64,000 nucleotides of DNA from Chthoniobacter flavus (GTDB taxonomy: Bacteria; Verrucomicrobiota; Verrucomicrobiia; Chthoniobacterales; JACTMZ01), in assembly GCA_945871065.1 (NCBI GenBank), contig CAMBUL010000003.1, positions 269 through 64,268 on the forward strand, given 5' to 3'. The translations under genes were made by a program, and so were the position numbers. Position 1 is the first letter of the stretch, and every line of letters starts with the position of its first letter. Shown here piece after piece: positions 7,740 through 17,403 of the stretch. A model generated the notes under the pieces. The model worked only from the letters and a program-made list of their open reading frames with translations. It made no database searches and had not been told where the DNA came from.

Positions 7740-7769
7740 AAAGCGGCGTCAAGCCGCCGCACTCCAAAA
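7740..7769. repeat. REP-like repeat family A, copy 3
   Basis: AAAGCGGCGTCAAGCCGCCGCACTCCAAAA. Confidence 0.8.
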
Positions 7770-7815
7770 TGGACCGGGAGCCGCCGCGCCATGGCCGGCG
7801 GCCTCCAACGGCCGT

Positions 7816-7844
7816 TTGACAGGTGCGCTGCGTGCGTTTAAGGT
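7816..7844 (+). promoter_or_regulatory. Sigma70-type promoter of ssrA
   Basis: TTGACA-N17-TAAGGT ending 11 nt before the mature tmRNA 5' end. Confidence 0.7.
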
Positions 7845-7855
7845 TCTCATTGTAA

Positions 7856-8209
7856 GGGGGCGTATATGGTTTCGACTTATGGTGCGAAGCGACGTCTGCA
7901 TGCCGAGGATGATTCGTTGGCCTCGTTAAAAATCGGATCAAAAAAATAACAGCAGAGAACGAAGATCTCGCTCTCGCGGCTTAAACGCCCGCGACGGCTT
8001 CCAGTTGACGCCTGCTAGGCGGGAAGCCGACGACAGCAGGCAACTCGGCGGCGGGATCGACCGCTGCCGCCGGGGATCTTCTCGTGGACGATAGGACGAA
8101 GGTAGCGCGCTGCCGAGCAGCCCGAGTCCGAATACTCACCGGTAGCTAAGCATGTAGTAGGCGGCGTTCAGCGGCATGAGGACAGGGGTTCGACTCCCCT
8201 CGCCTCCAT
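7856..8209 (+). ncRNA. ssrA: tmRNA (tag peptide AENEDLALAA at 7952-7984)
   Basis: 5' GGGGGCG...GGTTTCGAC, 3' GGGGTTCGACTCCCC-TCGCCTCCA, acceptor stem with G3.U, tag ending ALAA*; CCA not encoded. Confidence 0.97.
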
Positions 8210-8276
8210 TCTTGGGACGGCCGCGCAGCCAGAGCGGCGGCGGGCGGCTCGTTCGGTCGCGCCTCCCCGCCCCGAG

Positions 8277-8675
8277 TTACTGCAGGAGCCGGATGGTAGC
8301 GGGGTAGCGGTATTCTTCGCCGTTGCCCGTTTTGACTGCGGCGATAACCATGAAGACGATCCAGAGTATAAAAATGACCGGCAGGATAAGGAGACCGATG
8401 AGGACGAAGCAGAGGGCACCGGCGATGGTGGCGTAAATTGTGTAGCTGATCTGGAAGTTGATCACTTCCTTGCCGGTGCGGTCGAGAAGGGGGCTGTCAG
8501 CGCGCTTGACCAGCCAAAGAACGAGCGGGGCGACGATGTTGCCGAATGGGAAGACAAAGCCGACGAAGCCGAGCAATTGCAGGAGCACGGCAAGAGAGTT
8601 GTCGGTGGTCGGAGCCGGCGGGATGGCCGGGGGCTGGTCCGAGGGCGAGGAAATGGGCGGTGGCGTGTTTTCCAT
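8277..8675 (-). CDS. DUF4870 (Tic20-like) membrane protein
   Basis: GNIVAPLVLWL.KR..S......GKEVINFQIS...YRYP. Confidence 0.85.
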   Translation of the reverse strand: MENTPPPISSPSDQPPAIPPAPTTDNSLAVLLQLLGFVGFVFPFGNIVAPLVLWLVKRADSPLLDRTGKEVINFQISYTIYATIAGALCFVLIGLLILPVIFILWIVFMVIAAVKTGNGEEYRYPATIRLLQ

Positions 8676-8756
8676 AGGGTCTGGATGATCTGCGCGCAGC
8701 GCGGAGTCAATGCGGAAGCGACCAGGCGACTTTTTGTCGGGAGCGGCCGCGGCCTC

Positions 8757-10502
8757 CTAGGATTCGTTGAGGAGTCCGGTGCCGGCGCAGAGCCGGGCGT
8801 AGAGGCCGCCCTTTTGCAGGAGTTCCTCGTGTTTGCCCTGTTCGACGATGCGGCCTTGGTCGAGGACGAGAATCTGGTCGGCGTGGCGGACAGTCGAAAG
8901 ACGGTGGGCTATAACAAAGCTGGTCCGTTTTTGGAGAAGGCGATCGAGGGCCTGCTGGATGAGTTTTTCGGTGGTGTTGTCGACGCTGGCGGTGGCTTCG
9001 TCGAGGAGCAGGACGGGCGGATCCTTGAGCAAGGCGCGGGCGATGGAGATGCGTTGTTTTTCGCCCACGCTCAAGCGCACGCCGCGTTCGCCGACTTCGG
9101 TGTCGAGCTGTTTGGGGAGTTTTTCGACGAACGATGCGGCGTTGGCGGCTCGGAGGGCGGTCCAGAGTTCCTCGTCGGTGGCGTCCGGTTTGCCGAAGCG
9201 GAGATTGTCGGCCACGGTGCCGTTGAAGAGGAAGCTTTCCTGGGAGACAAGCCCGACCACCCGGCGGAGATCATTTTTGGCGAAGTTGCGGATATCCTGC
9301 CCGTCGAGCGTGATCTGGCCGCCGGTTGACTCGTAGAAGCGCATGAGGAGTCCGACAAGGGATGATTTGCCCGCTCCGGTGGGTCCGACCAAGGCGACAG
9401 TTTCCCCGGGCTTGGCCGTGAGGTTGATCTCGTGGAGGACGTCGGGTCCGTCGCCGTAGGCGAAGCGGATGTTCTCGAATTTGATTTCGCCACGGAGCGG
9501 GGACGGGACGGGGGTGTGGCCGGCGTCGGGTTCTGGTGTGGCGTCGAGAATATCAAAGACCCGTTTGCCGGCGGCGCGGCCGGCTTGGATGATTTGGTTG
9601 AGTTGGTGGAGGCGCCCGACCGGTTCGTAAAGGAAGCGGACGAGGACGAGAAAGGCGACGAGAACGCCGAGGTCCAGCTTGCCCTGGAGGGCAGCCCAGC
9701 CGCCGTAGCCGAGAACGACAAGGCTGCCCAAGGAGGAAAAGAAATTCATCCCCGGGTTGTAGAAAGCCCAGGCGCGCATCACCACGAGGGTGGTTTGGCG
9801 GAGCTTTTCGCTCGTGGTGTTGAAGCGTTCGTGTTCGGCGGTCTCCCGGGCATAGCCTTTGATCTGCCGGATACCATCGAGATTATCATGGAGGAGGGAG
9901 TTGAGGTCGGAAGCGGCGCGGCGTTGCGCGCCGTAGCGTTTGCCGGCGGTGAGGGTGTAAGCGAGGGCGCCGGCCATAAGGAAGGGCACAGGGGTGAGGG
10001 CGCAGAGAGCAAGGGCTGGGCTCCACCAGAGCATGAGACCGAAGACGACAGCGATCTGCAGGATGGCGACGGCACCTTGTTCAATGCCGTCGATGAGGAC
10101 GCGTTCGACACTGCCCACGTCTTCGACCACGCGGGTCATGATGTCGCCGGTAGCGCGGTGGTCGAACCAAGTGAGAGGCAGGGATTGGAGCCGCCCGTAA
10201 AGATCACTGCGCAGATCGTAGAGGACGCGTTGCTCGAAGCTGTTGTTGAGGAGGATGCGGAGCGTGTTGAGTCCGTCCTGGGCGAAGAAGCCGAAGGCCG
10301 CGAGCGCGATCATCGGCCAGAGGGCATCGGCTTTGCCGCCGCGCAGCACATCGTCAATGATGCGCTGGGTGACCACCGGGAAGATGATGACCATGACGGA
10401 GGCGCCAAGCGCGCAGAGCAAGGTGGCCGCGGCGAGCAGCGGGTAGCGGCGGAGATAGGCAAAGACTCGGGCGAGGATACGCGGGGATTGGTCGGACGAC
10501 AT
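8757..10502 (-). CDS. ABC exporter, fused permease/ATPase (MsbA-like)
   Basis: 6-TM domain plus GPTGAGKS, LSVGEKQR, LLLDEAT, IAHRLST. Confidence 0.92.
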   Translation of the reverse strand: MSSDQSPRILARVFAYLRRYPLLAAATLLCALGASVMVIIFPVVTQRIIDDVLRGGKADALWPMIALAAFGFFAQDGLNTLRILLNNSFEQRVLYDLRSDLYGRLQSLPLTWFDHRATGDIMTRVVEDVGSVERVLIDGIEQGAVAILQIAVVFGLMLWWSPALALCALTPVPFLMAGALAYTLTAGKRYGAQRRAASDLNSLLHDNLDGIRQIKGYARETAEHERFNTTSEKLRQTTLVVMRAWAFYNPGMNFFSSLGSLVVLGYGGWAALQGKLDLGVLVAFLVLVRFLYEPVGRLHQLNQIIQAGRAAGKRVFDILDATPEPDAGHTPVPSPLRGEIKFENIRFAYGDGPDVLHEINLTAKPGETVALVGPTGAGKSSLVGLLMRFYESTGGQITLDGQDIRNFAKNDLRRVVGLVSQESFLFNGTVADNLRFGKPDATDEELWTALRAANAASFVEKLPKQLDTEVGERGVRLSVGEKQRISIARALLKDPPVLLLDEATASVDNTTEKLIQQALDRLLQKRTSFVIAHRLSTVRHADQILVLDQGRIVEQGKHEELLQKGGLYARLCAGTGLLNES

Positions 10503-10676
10503 TGGGAGGGAGTGTATAAAGGGTCTCGCGCGGCCGGGCGAGATGTCCCTCGCATGACGGGACGAGGGAAAGTGCTCTGGGTTTGTCTAAATATCGCCAG
10601 TCTCTGGCCCGGTGGGGGTGGCGGGAATTATCCACCCGCAGGCCGGATATTTCTCCGACACTGGGGCGGGAGGACT

Positions 10677-10692
10677 TGGCACGGGGGTTGCT
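10677..10692 (+). promoter_or_regulatory. Sigma54 (-24/-12) promoter of amtB-PII
   Basis: TGGCAC-GGGGG-TTGCT, exact consensus spacing, about 100 nt upstream of amtB. Confidence 0.85.
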
Positions 10693-10788
10693 TTAACCCT
10701 CTTACCGGTATCTTGCTCCTCCGCGCTCCGGCCCGCTACACGGCGGGTCGCGCGGGGTGGCAGGCGTCTGGTCCAAAAACCACAATTC

Positions 10789-12312
10789 ATGAACATGATC
10801 AAAAGAACACGATGGGGATTCTGGTCGCTCACTCTGGCGGTGTCGCTTCTCGCGATGCTTCCGCTGCAGGCGCAGGAATCCATAACCGCCGTCACCGAAG
10901 CCGTGGCGGTCACAACCGATGATGGCACTCTTACCGAAGCCGTGACTGTTGCGGTCGAAGAGGCTGTTCCGTCCGGCGAACCGTCGCTCGAGGCCCGGGT
11001 CGCCGACATCGAGGCCTATTTCCACAATGTGGACCGTCCATCCGGCGACGCGTCGAAAATCAAAGTCCCTGGTCCCGGCCACAATGCCTGGCAGATGATG
11101 AGCACGGCTCTCGTGCTGTTCATGACGTTGCCAGGCTTGGCGTTGTTCTACGGCGGTCTGGTTCGCTCGAAGAACGTACTCTCCATCCTTGCCATGTGTC
11201 TGGGTATCGCCGGCCTCGTCACCATTCTTTGGTGGGCTGTCGGCTATAGCCTAACCTTTTCCGGCGGCAACGCCTTCATCGGCGACACCGCTCAGCGGTT
11301 CTTCACCGGCATGGCTCCGGGGAATGTCGGAGCGGGCTACTACTGGATTTCCGACTACATGTGGGCCATGTTCCAGTTGTCCTTCGCGATCATTACTCCG
11401 GCGCTCATTTTCGGAGCGACCGCGGAGCGGATGAAGTTCTCGGCCGTTCTGCTCTTCACGGCCATCTGGATGTTCGTTGTCTACTTCCCGCTTGCCCACA
11501 TGGTCTGGGCGGTCAACGGCTTTATGTGCGGCCCGCTCAACGCGGATGCCGGCATCAAGGCCATCGACTTCGCCGGCGGCACGGTCGTCCATATGTCCTC
11601 CGGTTGGAGCGCCCTCATTCTCTGCATGATTCTCGGACCGCGTCTGGGCTTCGGCAAAGTTCCCATGCCGCCGCACTCGTTGGTTCTCGTTATGATCGGC
11701 ACCGGCATGCTCTTTGTCGGCTGGTTCGGCTTCAATGCTGGCTCCGCGCTCGGTTCGGACGCCCTGGCATCGAACGCCTTCACCACCACCGTTCTCGCAG
11801 CCGCCACGGCCGGTTTCGTCTGGGGCATGCTCGAGTGGGTTGTCCGCGGTAAACCCAGCGTGCTGGGCTTCTGTTCCGGCATCGTTGCCGGTTTGGTCAC
11901 GATCACTCCGGGTGCCGGCTTCGTCACGCCGACCAGCGCGGTTATCATGGGTGTGCTCGGTGGCATCGTTCCGTTCTTCGCCGTTGTTTATTTGAAAAAA
12001 GCGCTCGGCTATGACGACGCGCTGGACACCTTCGGCATCCACGCTGTGGGCGGCACGATGGGGGCCATCCTCACCGGGGTGTTCGCCGACCCGGCGGTAA
12101 ACGGGGTCCTGACCTCGATGAACCTGATGGACGGTCTCGTCGTGAACCAGCTCAAGGCATGTGCGCTGACCATTGTTCTTTCGGTGGTTGCCACCGCGAT
12201 CATCGCCTTCGCGGTTAAATTCACCATCGGCTTGCGTCCGACGCAGGATGAGGAGAGAGAAGGTCTCGACACCGTGGATCACGGTGAAGAAGGCTACATC
12301 TTTGATAAATAA
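10789..12312 (+). CDS. amtB: Ammonium transporter with N-terminal signal/extension
   Basis: LVLFMTLPGLALFYGG, FQLSFAIIT, DFAGGTVVH, WFGFNAGS, DDALDTFGIHAVGG; start ATG 10789 or 10795. Confidence 0.95.
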   Translation: MNMIKRTRWGFWSLTLAVSLLAMLPLQAQESITAVTEAVAVTTDDGTLTEAVTVAVEEAVPSGEPSLEARVADIEAYFHNVDRPSGDASKIKVPGPGHNAWQMMSTALVLFMTLPGLALFYGGLVRSKNVLSILAMCLGIAGLVTILWWAVGYSLTFSGGNAFIGDTAQRFFTGMAPGNVGAGYYWISDYMWAMFQLSFAIITPALIFGATAERMKFSAVLLFTAIWMFVVYFPLAHMVWAVNGFMCGPLNADAGIKAIDFAGGTVVHMSSGWSALILCMILGPRLGFGKVPMPPHSLVLVMIGTGMLFVGWFGFNAGSALGSDALASNAFTTTVLAAATAGFVWGMLEWVVRGKPSVLGFCSGIVAGLVTITPGAGFVTPTSAVIMGVLGGIVPFFAVVYLKKALGYDDALDTFGIHAVGGTMGAILTGVFADPAVNGVLTSMNLMDGLVVNQLKACALTIVLSVVATAIIAFAVKFTIGLRPTQDEEREGLDTVDHGEEGYIFDK

Positions 12313-12678
<366 letters not shown>

Positions 12679-12724
12679 AAAATTGCGCCCCGTGTGGGGC
12701 CTGATTGGGTTGACATAGCACGAG

Positions 12725-12760
12725 GCGGCGGGGACGCGGGTCCCCGCCGCTTTCGTCTTT
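12725..12760 (+). terminator. Rho-independent terminator after amtB-PII
   Basis: GCGGCGGGGAC-GCGG-GTCCCCGCCGC followed by TTTCGTCTTT. Confidence 0.85.
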
Positions 12761-12792
12761 ATATCGGGCCGGTCATGGTGCAGGGTATCGGG

Positions 12793-13263
12793 ATGAAGAA
12801 AGCCTTGCTCCTGTTCCTCGGTGTGGCCTTGTGCGGTTGCGCCACCACCCGTGTCCCGCAACTCGAGCAACCGGGTTACATGAAGGTGCTCGCGGCGAAG
12901 GAAATTGCGCCGGTGACCTACGCGCGCATCGCGCACGGGCGTGTCCTCGGGTATGACGACATCAGGAACCTTGCCACGAAGGGCATCCCCGGGAAGATGA
13001 TCGTGCCGTATTTGAAGGCGACCAAGACGCCTTACGATTTTTCGAGCCAGCAGATCAACGGGTTGGTCGATGCGGGAGCGGATAGCACGCTGGTCAATTA
13101 TCTGGGCAAAGCGAAGGGAATCTATCTCGAGGATGCCGGCAACATTCCGTCCTCCACCGCGGGTCTGCATCCTTATTGGTCCGATCCGGGTTATGCCGGT
13201 GCGGCGCCGTTCGGCTTCGGCTACCCCGATGCCTGGGCCGGGGACTTCATCGGGCTCTACTGA
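12793..13263 (+). CDS. Hypothetical lipoprotein
   Basis: MKKALLLFLGVALCG-C lipobox. Confidence 0.7.
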   Translation: MKKALLLFLGVALCGCATTRVPQLEQPGYMKVLAAKEIAPVTYARIAHGRVLGYDDIRNLATKGIPGKMIVPYLKATKTPYDFSSQQINGLVDAGADSTLVNYLGKAKGIYLEDAGNIPSSTAGLHPYWSDPGYAGAAPFGFGYPDAWAGDFIGLY

Positions 13264-13281
13264 GCACGACTGCGCCGGGTC

Positions 13282-13947
13282 ATGAGGGATTGGACCTTCC
13301 AGTCCTACGGACCGCACGCGTGGTTGGTGCGGTTTGGGCCGGATTTGTCGGAGGAGACGATGCGCCGGGCGCTGGCCGTGTCGCGCGATTTGGAAGAGCG
13401 GCGGCCGGAGGGATTGCGGGAATTCACCATGGGGTATGGGTCGGTGCTGTTGGAGTGCGCGGATGACAGGGAGGCAGCGGCCCGCTGGGGCCAGCGGGCC
13501 CTCCCGGGGTTGATCGAGGCATGGCGTTCGCTCGAGTTGGAGGCTGCGGCGACCCGGATCGTGGAAATCCCGGTGATCTATGACGGCGAAGATCTCGGGG
13601 AGGTGGCGCGGCGGACGGGACTGGAGGTTGAGGAAGTGATTAAGTGTCATAGCGGGCGGGACTACCGTGTGTGGATGCTGGGCTTTGCTCCGGGGTTTCC
13701 CTATCTCGGGGTGCTGGACGAATTGCTGCATCTTCCGCGACGCGATTCTCCCAGGGCGCGCATTGCGGCCGGGAGTGTGGCGATCGCGGGTGCGCAGACC
13801 GGAGTTTATCCGAGCGAAAGTGCGGGCGGATGGCATATCCTCGGACGGACGGTGCGGCGGATGTTCGACCCGGAGCGGGCCGATCCGTTCTTGCTCCGTC
13901 CGGGTGATTTGGTGCGGTTCGTGCCGGTGGAGGTGGATGATGTTTAA
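13282..13947 (+). CDS. pxpB: 5-oxoprolinase subunit B (KipI-like)
   Basis: VEIPVIYDGEDL, LGFAPGFPYLG, GSVAIAG.QTGVYP.ESAGGWHILGRT. Confidence 0.9.
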   Translation: MRDWTFQSYGPHAWLVRFGPDLSEETMRRALAVSRDLEERRPEGLREFTMGYGSVLLECADDREAAARWGQRALPGLIEAWRSLELEAAATRIVEIPVIYDGEDLGEVARRTGLEVEEVIKCHSGRDYRVWMLGFAPGFPYLGVLDELLHLPRRDSPRARIAAGSVAIAGAQTGVYPSESAGGWHILGRTVRRMFDPERADPFLLRPGDLVRFVPVEVDDV

Positions 13948-14785
13948 ATTTCTCGAGGTGATTTCGCCGGGTTGCGGGGCTTCGTTTCAGGATGCGGGGC
14001 GTCCGGGTTGGAAGCGCTTCGGTGTTCCGCCGGGCGGATGGATGGATCCGGCGGCGGCAGCTGCCGCGAATGAGTTGATCGGCAATACAACGGACGCGGT
14101 GGTGATTGAATTGGCGCTGCAAGGGGCGCGGTTCCGTGTTTTGTGCGATGGGTGGCTCTCGGTGGCGGGAGCGTCGATGGGATGGATGCCTGGCACGGTG
14201 CGCTGGGTGTCGCGTGGCGAGGAGTTGTCATTCCTGCGCCATGAGAGCGGGGTGTATGCTTATTTGGCCGCGCCGGGCGGATGGGCGGCGCCGGAATACT
14301 TGGGCAGCGCGGCGGTTTCGGCGCGGAGTGGATTGGGCCGAGGTTTCGCGGCAGGAGACGTGATTTCTGGACGCAAGGATCCGACATTCCATGAACGGGA
14401 GCATGGGGCGACGAACCGGCGGCCTGCCGCGCATCCGCAAACGATCGGGGCGTGCGTCTGGCCGGGGCCGCAATGGAGCGAATTCAGCGCGGCCGCGCGG
14501 TCCGCTTTTTTCGCCATGGAATGGCGGGTTTCCGCGCGCAGTGACCGGATGGGGGTTCGTTTGGACGGGGCTTCCATCGAGGTGCCGGCGGGGACGATGT
14601 TGAGCGAGCCGGTGTTGGTCGGGTCCGTGCAGATCACGGGTGGAGGACAACCGGTGGTGACAATGCGGGATGGACCGACGGTGGGTGGTTATCCGAAGAT
14701 AGGCTGGCTTGATGAGGAAGAATGCCGCCGTTTGGCGCAAGTGCCGCCGGGTGGCACGGTCAGATTTGAGCCGTTGAACCAATGA
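13940..14785 (+). CDS. pxpC: 5-oxoprolinase subunit C (KipA-like)
   Basis: QDAGRPG...GVPPGG.MD, SDRMG.RL, GSVQI...GQP.V.M.DGPT.GGYPKIG; start ATG 13937 or 13940. Confidence 0.88.
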   Translation: MFKFLEVISPGCGASFQDAGRPGWKRFGVPPGGWMDPAAAAAANELIGNTTDAVVIELALQGARFRVLCDGWLSVAGASMGWMPGTVRWVSRGEELSFLRHESGVYAYLAAPGGWAAPEYLGSAAVSARSGLGRGFAAGDVISGRKDPTFHEREHGATNRRPAAHPQTIGACVWPGPQWSEFSAAARSAFFAMEWRVSARSDRMGVRLDGASIEVPAGTMLSEPVLVGSVQITGGGQPVVTMRDGPTVGGYPKIGWLDEEECRRLAQVPPGGTVRFEPLNQ

Positions 14786-15504
14786 AGGTGTTACTCAATT
14801 GCGATCTGGGAGAAGGCGAGGCCGAGGAGACAACAACCGCGTTGCTCGAGTTGGTGGATTTGGCCAATATCGCGTGTGGTGGTCACGCGGGTGACGAGGC
14901 GACCATGCGGCGCGTGGTGCGGGAAGCACTGCGGCTCGGGGTGCAGGCGGGTGCGCATCCCGGCTGGGCGGACCGGGAAAATTTCGGACGCGCCGCGATG
15001 GAGATCAGCGCGGGTGAGTTGACGCAACTGCTCGACGAGCAGGTGCGTGCTCTGCAGCGCGTAGCAGCCGATGAGGGCGGCCGGGTGGGTCACGTGAAGT
15101 TGCACGGGGCGCTTTACCATCTTTGCGACGAACGCACGGATCTGGCCGAGGCATGCGTTGATTGGATGGAGCTGGAGTTGGAGGGTTTACCCCTGGTTGT
15201 CGGCGCGGGCGGATTGCTTCACGCGGTGGGCGAAGCGCGGGGCGTCCCGCTGCTGCGGGAAATTTTTGCCGAGCGCGGCTATACGGCGGAAGCTCGATTG
15301 CTGCCGCGGGGCGAAGCGGGTGCGTTGATTGATGATCCGTTGAGGGTGGCGGGCCGGATCAGGGATTGGCAGACGAGCGGGTATTTGGAAGTTGGCGAGG
15401 GGAAAAAATGGCTGGTTGAGGCCGAAACAGTCTGCGTGCATGCAGATTCACCGCAAAGTGTGGCTATGGCGCGTGCGGTCCGGGCGGTGATCGGTGCCGC
15501 CTGA
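14782..15504 (+). CDS. pxpA: 5-oxoprolinase subunit A (LamB/YcsF)
   Basis: LNCDLGE, ANIACGGHAGD, GAHPG..DRENFGR, HVKLHGALY, TVCVHAD. Confidence 0.92.
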   Translation: MKVLLNCDLGEGEAEETTTALLELVDLANIACGGHAGDEATMRRVVREALRLGVQAGAHPGWADRENFGRAAMEISAGELTQLLDEQVRALQRVAADEGGRVGHVKLHGALYHLCDERTDLAEACVDWMELELEGLPLVVGAGGLLHAVGEARGVPLLREIFAERGYTAEARLLPRGEAGALIDDPLRVAGRIRDWQTSGYLEVGEGKKWLVEAETVCVHADSPQSVAMARAVRAVIGAA

Positions 15505-15515
15505 CCGGGCCGCTT

Positions 15516-16085
15516 TCACTGAGCACCTAACTTTTTCATTCTCCCCCGCACGTGGGCGATAATGGCGAGGTGGATCGTAAGCGCTACGCCCAGTCCGAGT
15601 GCTTGCCACGGGGCTGAGCCATGCCCGGCGGCGTGGAGCCCCCAAATCCCGAAGATTCCGGCGGGCAAAAACAAGCATACGGCCGTGACCAACCCGGGGT
15701 TGTAGCGGCGGAGCGCCACGCCTTGGGCGAGATGGATGATACCATTGAGGAGCGTCAACCAAATCGCGATGAGTCCGAAACCCATATCGACCAAGTGGGC
15801 TAGCGCGATGGCCGCCAGATTGACGCCCCAGACGCCCGGGATATTGATCATGAAGACTGCCTTTTGCGTCAGGACATCCCGGCCGTGGCCCACGAGTTGG
15901 TTCACAAAAATCCGAAACCTATCCGCGTCGTGTTCCTCGTATTGGTGGATCATGTAGAGCGGCAGCTGAAGCGCCACGAGCCAGAGTGCCGTGCTCCAGT
16001 CGCCGCCGATGGCCGCAAACAGGCCGAGGATAAGGATCCCGGCAAGGAATCCGCCGTACACCCAGTTGTCGATGAGCCTCTGCAT
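15516..16085 (-). CDS. HXXEE-domain membrane protein
   Basis: YMIHQYEEH motif and YNPGLVTA; start moved to ATG 16085. Confidence 0.85.
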   Translation of the reverse strand: MQRLIDNWVYGGFLAGILILGLFAAIGGDWSTALWLVALQLPLYMIHQYEEHDADRFRIFVNQLVGHGRDVLTQKAVFMINIPGVWGVNLAAIALAHLVDMGFGLIAIWLTLLNGIIHLAQGVALRRYNPGLVTAVCLFLPAGIFGIWGLHAAGHGSAPWQALGLGVALTIHLAIIAHVRGRMKKLGAQ

Positions 16086-16218
16086 GCTCAAAAGGTGGGT
16101 TAAATTGACTGTGCAAGCCAGCACCTTGCGGGCACTGGAGATCTAGACAGCATCCGGTTGTCCAAGGCATCCGGACCGGGCACATGAAGAGGGGGAAGCA
16201 AACTTTTCTTCAAGCGGT

Positions 16219-17052
16219 TCAAAAAGAGCGGGCCTCGACTGCGTTGAGGATGGAAGGGTATCGGGGGGACCATCCGGTGCGGCGGAGCTTGGTATTTCGG
16301 ACCCGCTTGCCGGATGAGATTTCGCGCCTATTGACCAGAGTCGGCGCGCCGGTGCGGATGGATTCGGCTAGATCGTCGCGGCGGGATGGGTGGTCGTCGA
16401 CGGCATTGAAGATGCCGGGCTGGCGGAGGGAGGCGACGTGGAGGAGGGCGCGGGCGGCATCGTCGCGATGGATGAGATTGATGAAGGCATCGGGGGCACC
16501 GAAAGGAAGGGGTTGGCCGGCGAGAGCGGCCTCGATGAAGCGGGCCCGGCCCGGGCCGTAGATGCCGCCGAGACGGACGGCAGCGCCACCTGCCTGCAAG
16601 GCAAGTTGCTCGGCCTCGAGCAGGATGTCGCCGGTCGGTGTGCCGCCGGTCGGGGACGATTCATCGACTTCGGTGGCGTCGTTTTGCGGATAGACCGAGG
16701 TGCTGCTGGTGAAAACAGCAAAAGCGGGATCGAGGAGTTCGAGGAGGTTGTGCAGGGTCTGGCAATAAACCGTGCGGTAGGCTTCCGGGTTGCGGCCATC
16801 TTTACCGCTCAAGCAGTGGATGAGGAGATCGGGGCTGGCTTGGCCGGAGACGGCGGCGCGCAATTGTCCGGGATCTGCCGCATCCGCGGCGATGACGCGG
16901 TAGGGTTTGCCGGCCAGGCGCCGGGCGGATTCTTCAGAGGAAACAAGAGCGGTGACCTCGCTGCCTGCCTCGTAAAAGAAATCCGCGCATCTTTCGCCGG
17001 TGTAGCCACAGCCAGCGAGGAAGATGCGCGGAGTTGGAACGGATTGACTCAG
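16219..17052 (-). CDS. NAD(P)-dependent epimerase/SDR-like protein (YeeZ-like); start probably a non-canonical CTG
   Basis: Frame is open upstream of the tracked TTG 16863 and carries RIFLAGCGYTG; FTSSTSVY, RLGGIYGPGR, NLIHRDDAA, KRVRN.KL. Confidence 0.75.
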   Translation of the reverse strand: MSQSVPTPRIFLAGCGYTGERCADFFYEAGSEVTALVSSEESARRLAGKPYRVIAADAADPGQLRAAVSGQASPDLLIHCLSGKDGRNPEAYRTVYCQTLHNLLELLDPAFAVFTSSTSVYPQNDATEVDESSPTGGTPTGDILLEAEQLALQAGGAAVRLGGIYGPGRARFIEAALAGQPLPFGAPDAFINLIHRDDAARALLHVASLRQPGIFNAVDDHPSRRDDLAESIRTGAPTLVNRREISSGKRVRNTKLRRTGWSPRYPSILNAVEARSF

Positions 17053-17246
17053 GATGGGTTGAAGCGGTGCTTCATTTTGGCGCGTTTGGCGTTGGCCTTG
17101 GCTTTACGACGGGTTTTCTGGGTCGGCGTCTCAAAAGCGCGCAGGCGACGCACTTCATCCATGATTCCCTCGGAGTCCAGTTTCGATTTCAACCGCTTGA
17201 TCGCGCGGTCGATCGACTCTCCTTTGCGAACGATGACTTCGGGCAT
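17049..17246 (-). CDS. rpsU: 30S ribosomal protein S21
   Basis: V.VRKGESIDRAIKR.K.K...EGI..E.RR...FE.P. Confidence 0.9.
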   Translation of the reverse strand: MPEVIVRKGESIDRAIKRLKSKLDSEGIMDEVRRLRAFETPTQKTRRKAKANAKRAKMKHRFNPS

Positions 17247-17403
17247 TAGTGATTCACATCCTTTCTAGGTGTCTTGGGGGGCATGAAGGAAAGGGTAGGA
17301 GGGCATCCCAAGGGGCGTCAAATATTACTTTTATTCGTTGAGGGACAACACTTTAAGTGTGATTTCGGCCCCGAAAAGACTCCCGTTTCCGGGTTTCCCG
17401 GGG

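Noticed and set aside
8200-8280. Prophage or island integrated at the ssrA 3' end
   Set aside because: No integrase next to ssrA and no duplicated ssrA 3' end seen in the window
10628-10636. DnaA box / replication origin
   Set aside because: Single box with a mismatch (TTATCCACC); no cluster and no AT-rich unwinding region
8577-10922. Long ORFs antisense or out of frame to real genes (e.g. 8577-9329, 9432-10922, 12319-13836, 31589-32452, 32684-34018, 48320-49816)
   Set aside because: Shadow ORFs expected from high-GC codon bias; they show no family motifs and fully overlap well-supported genes
16960-16990. Frameshift in the epimerase/SDR gene
   Set aside because: Re-reading the sequence shows the frame is continuous (CADFFYEAGS); only the start codon is unusual
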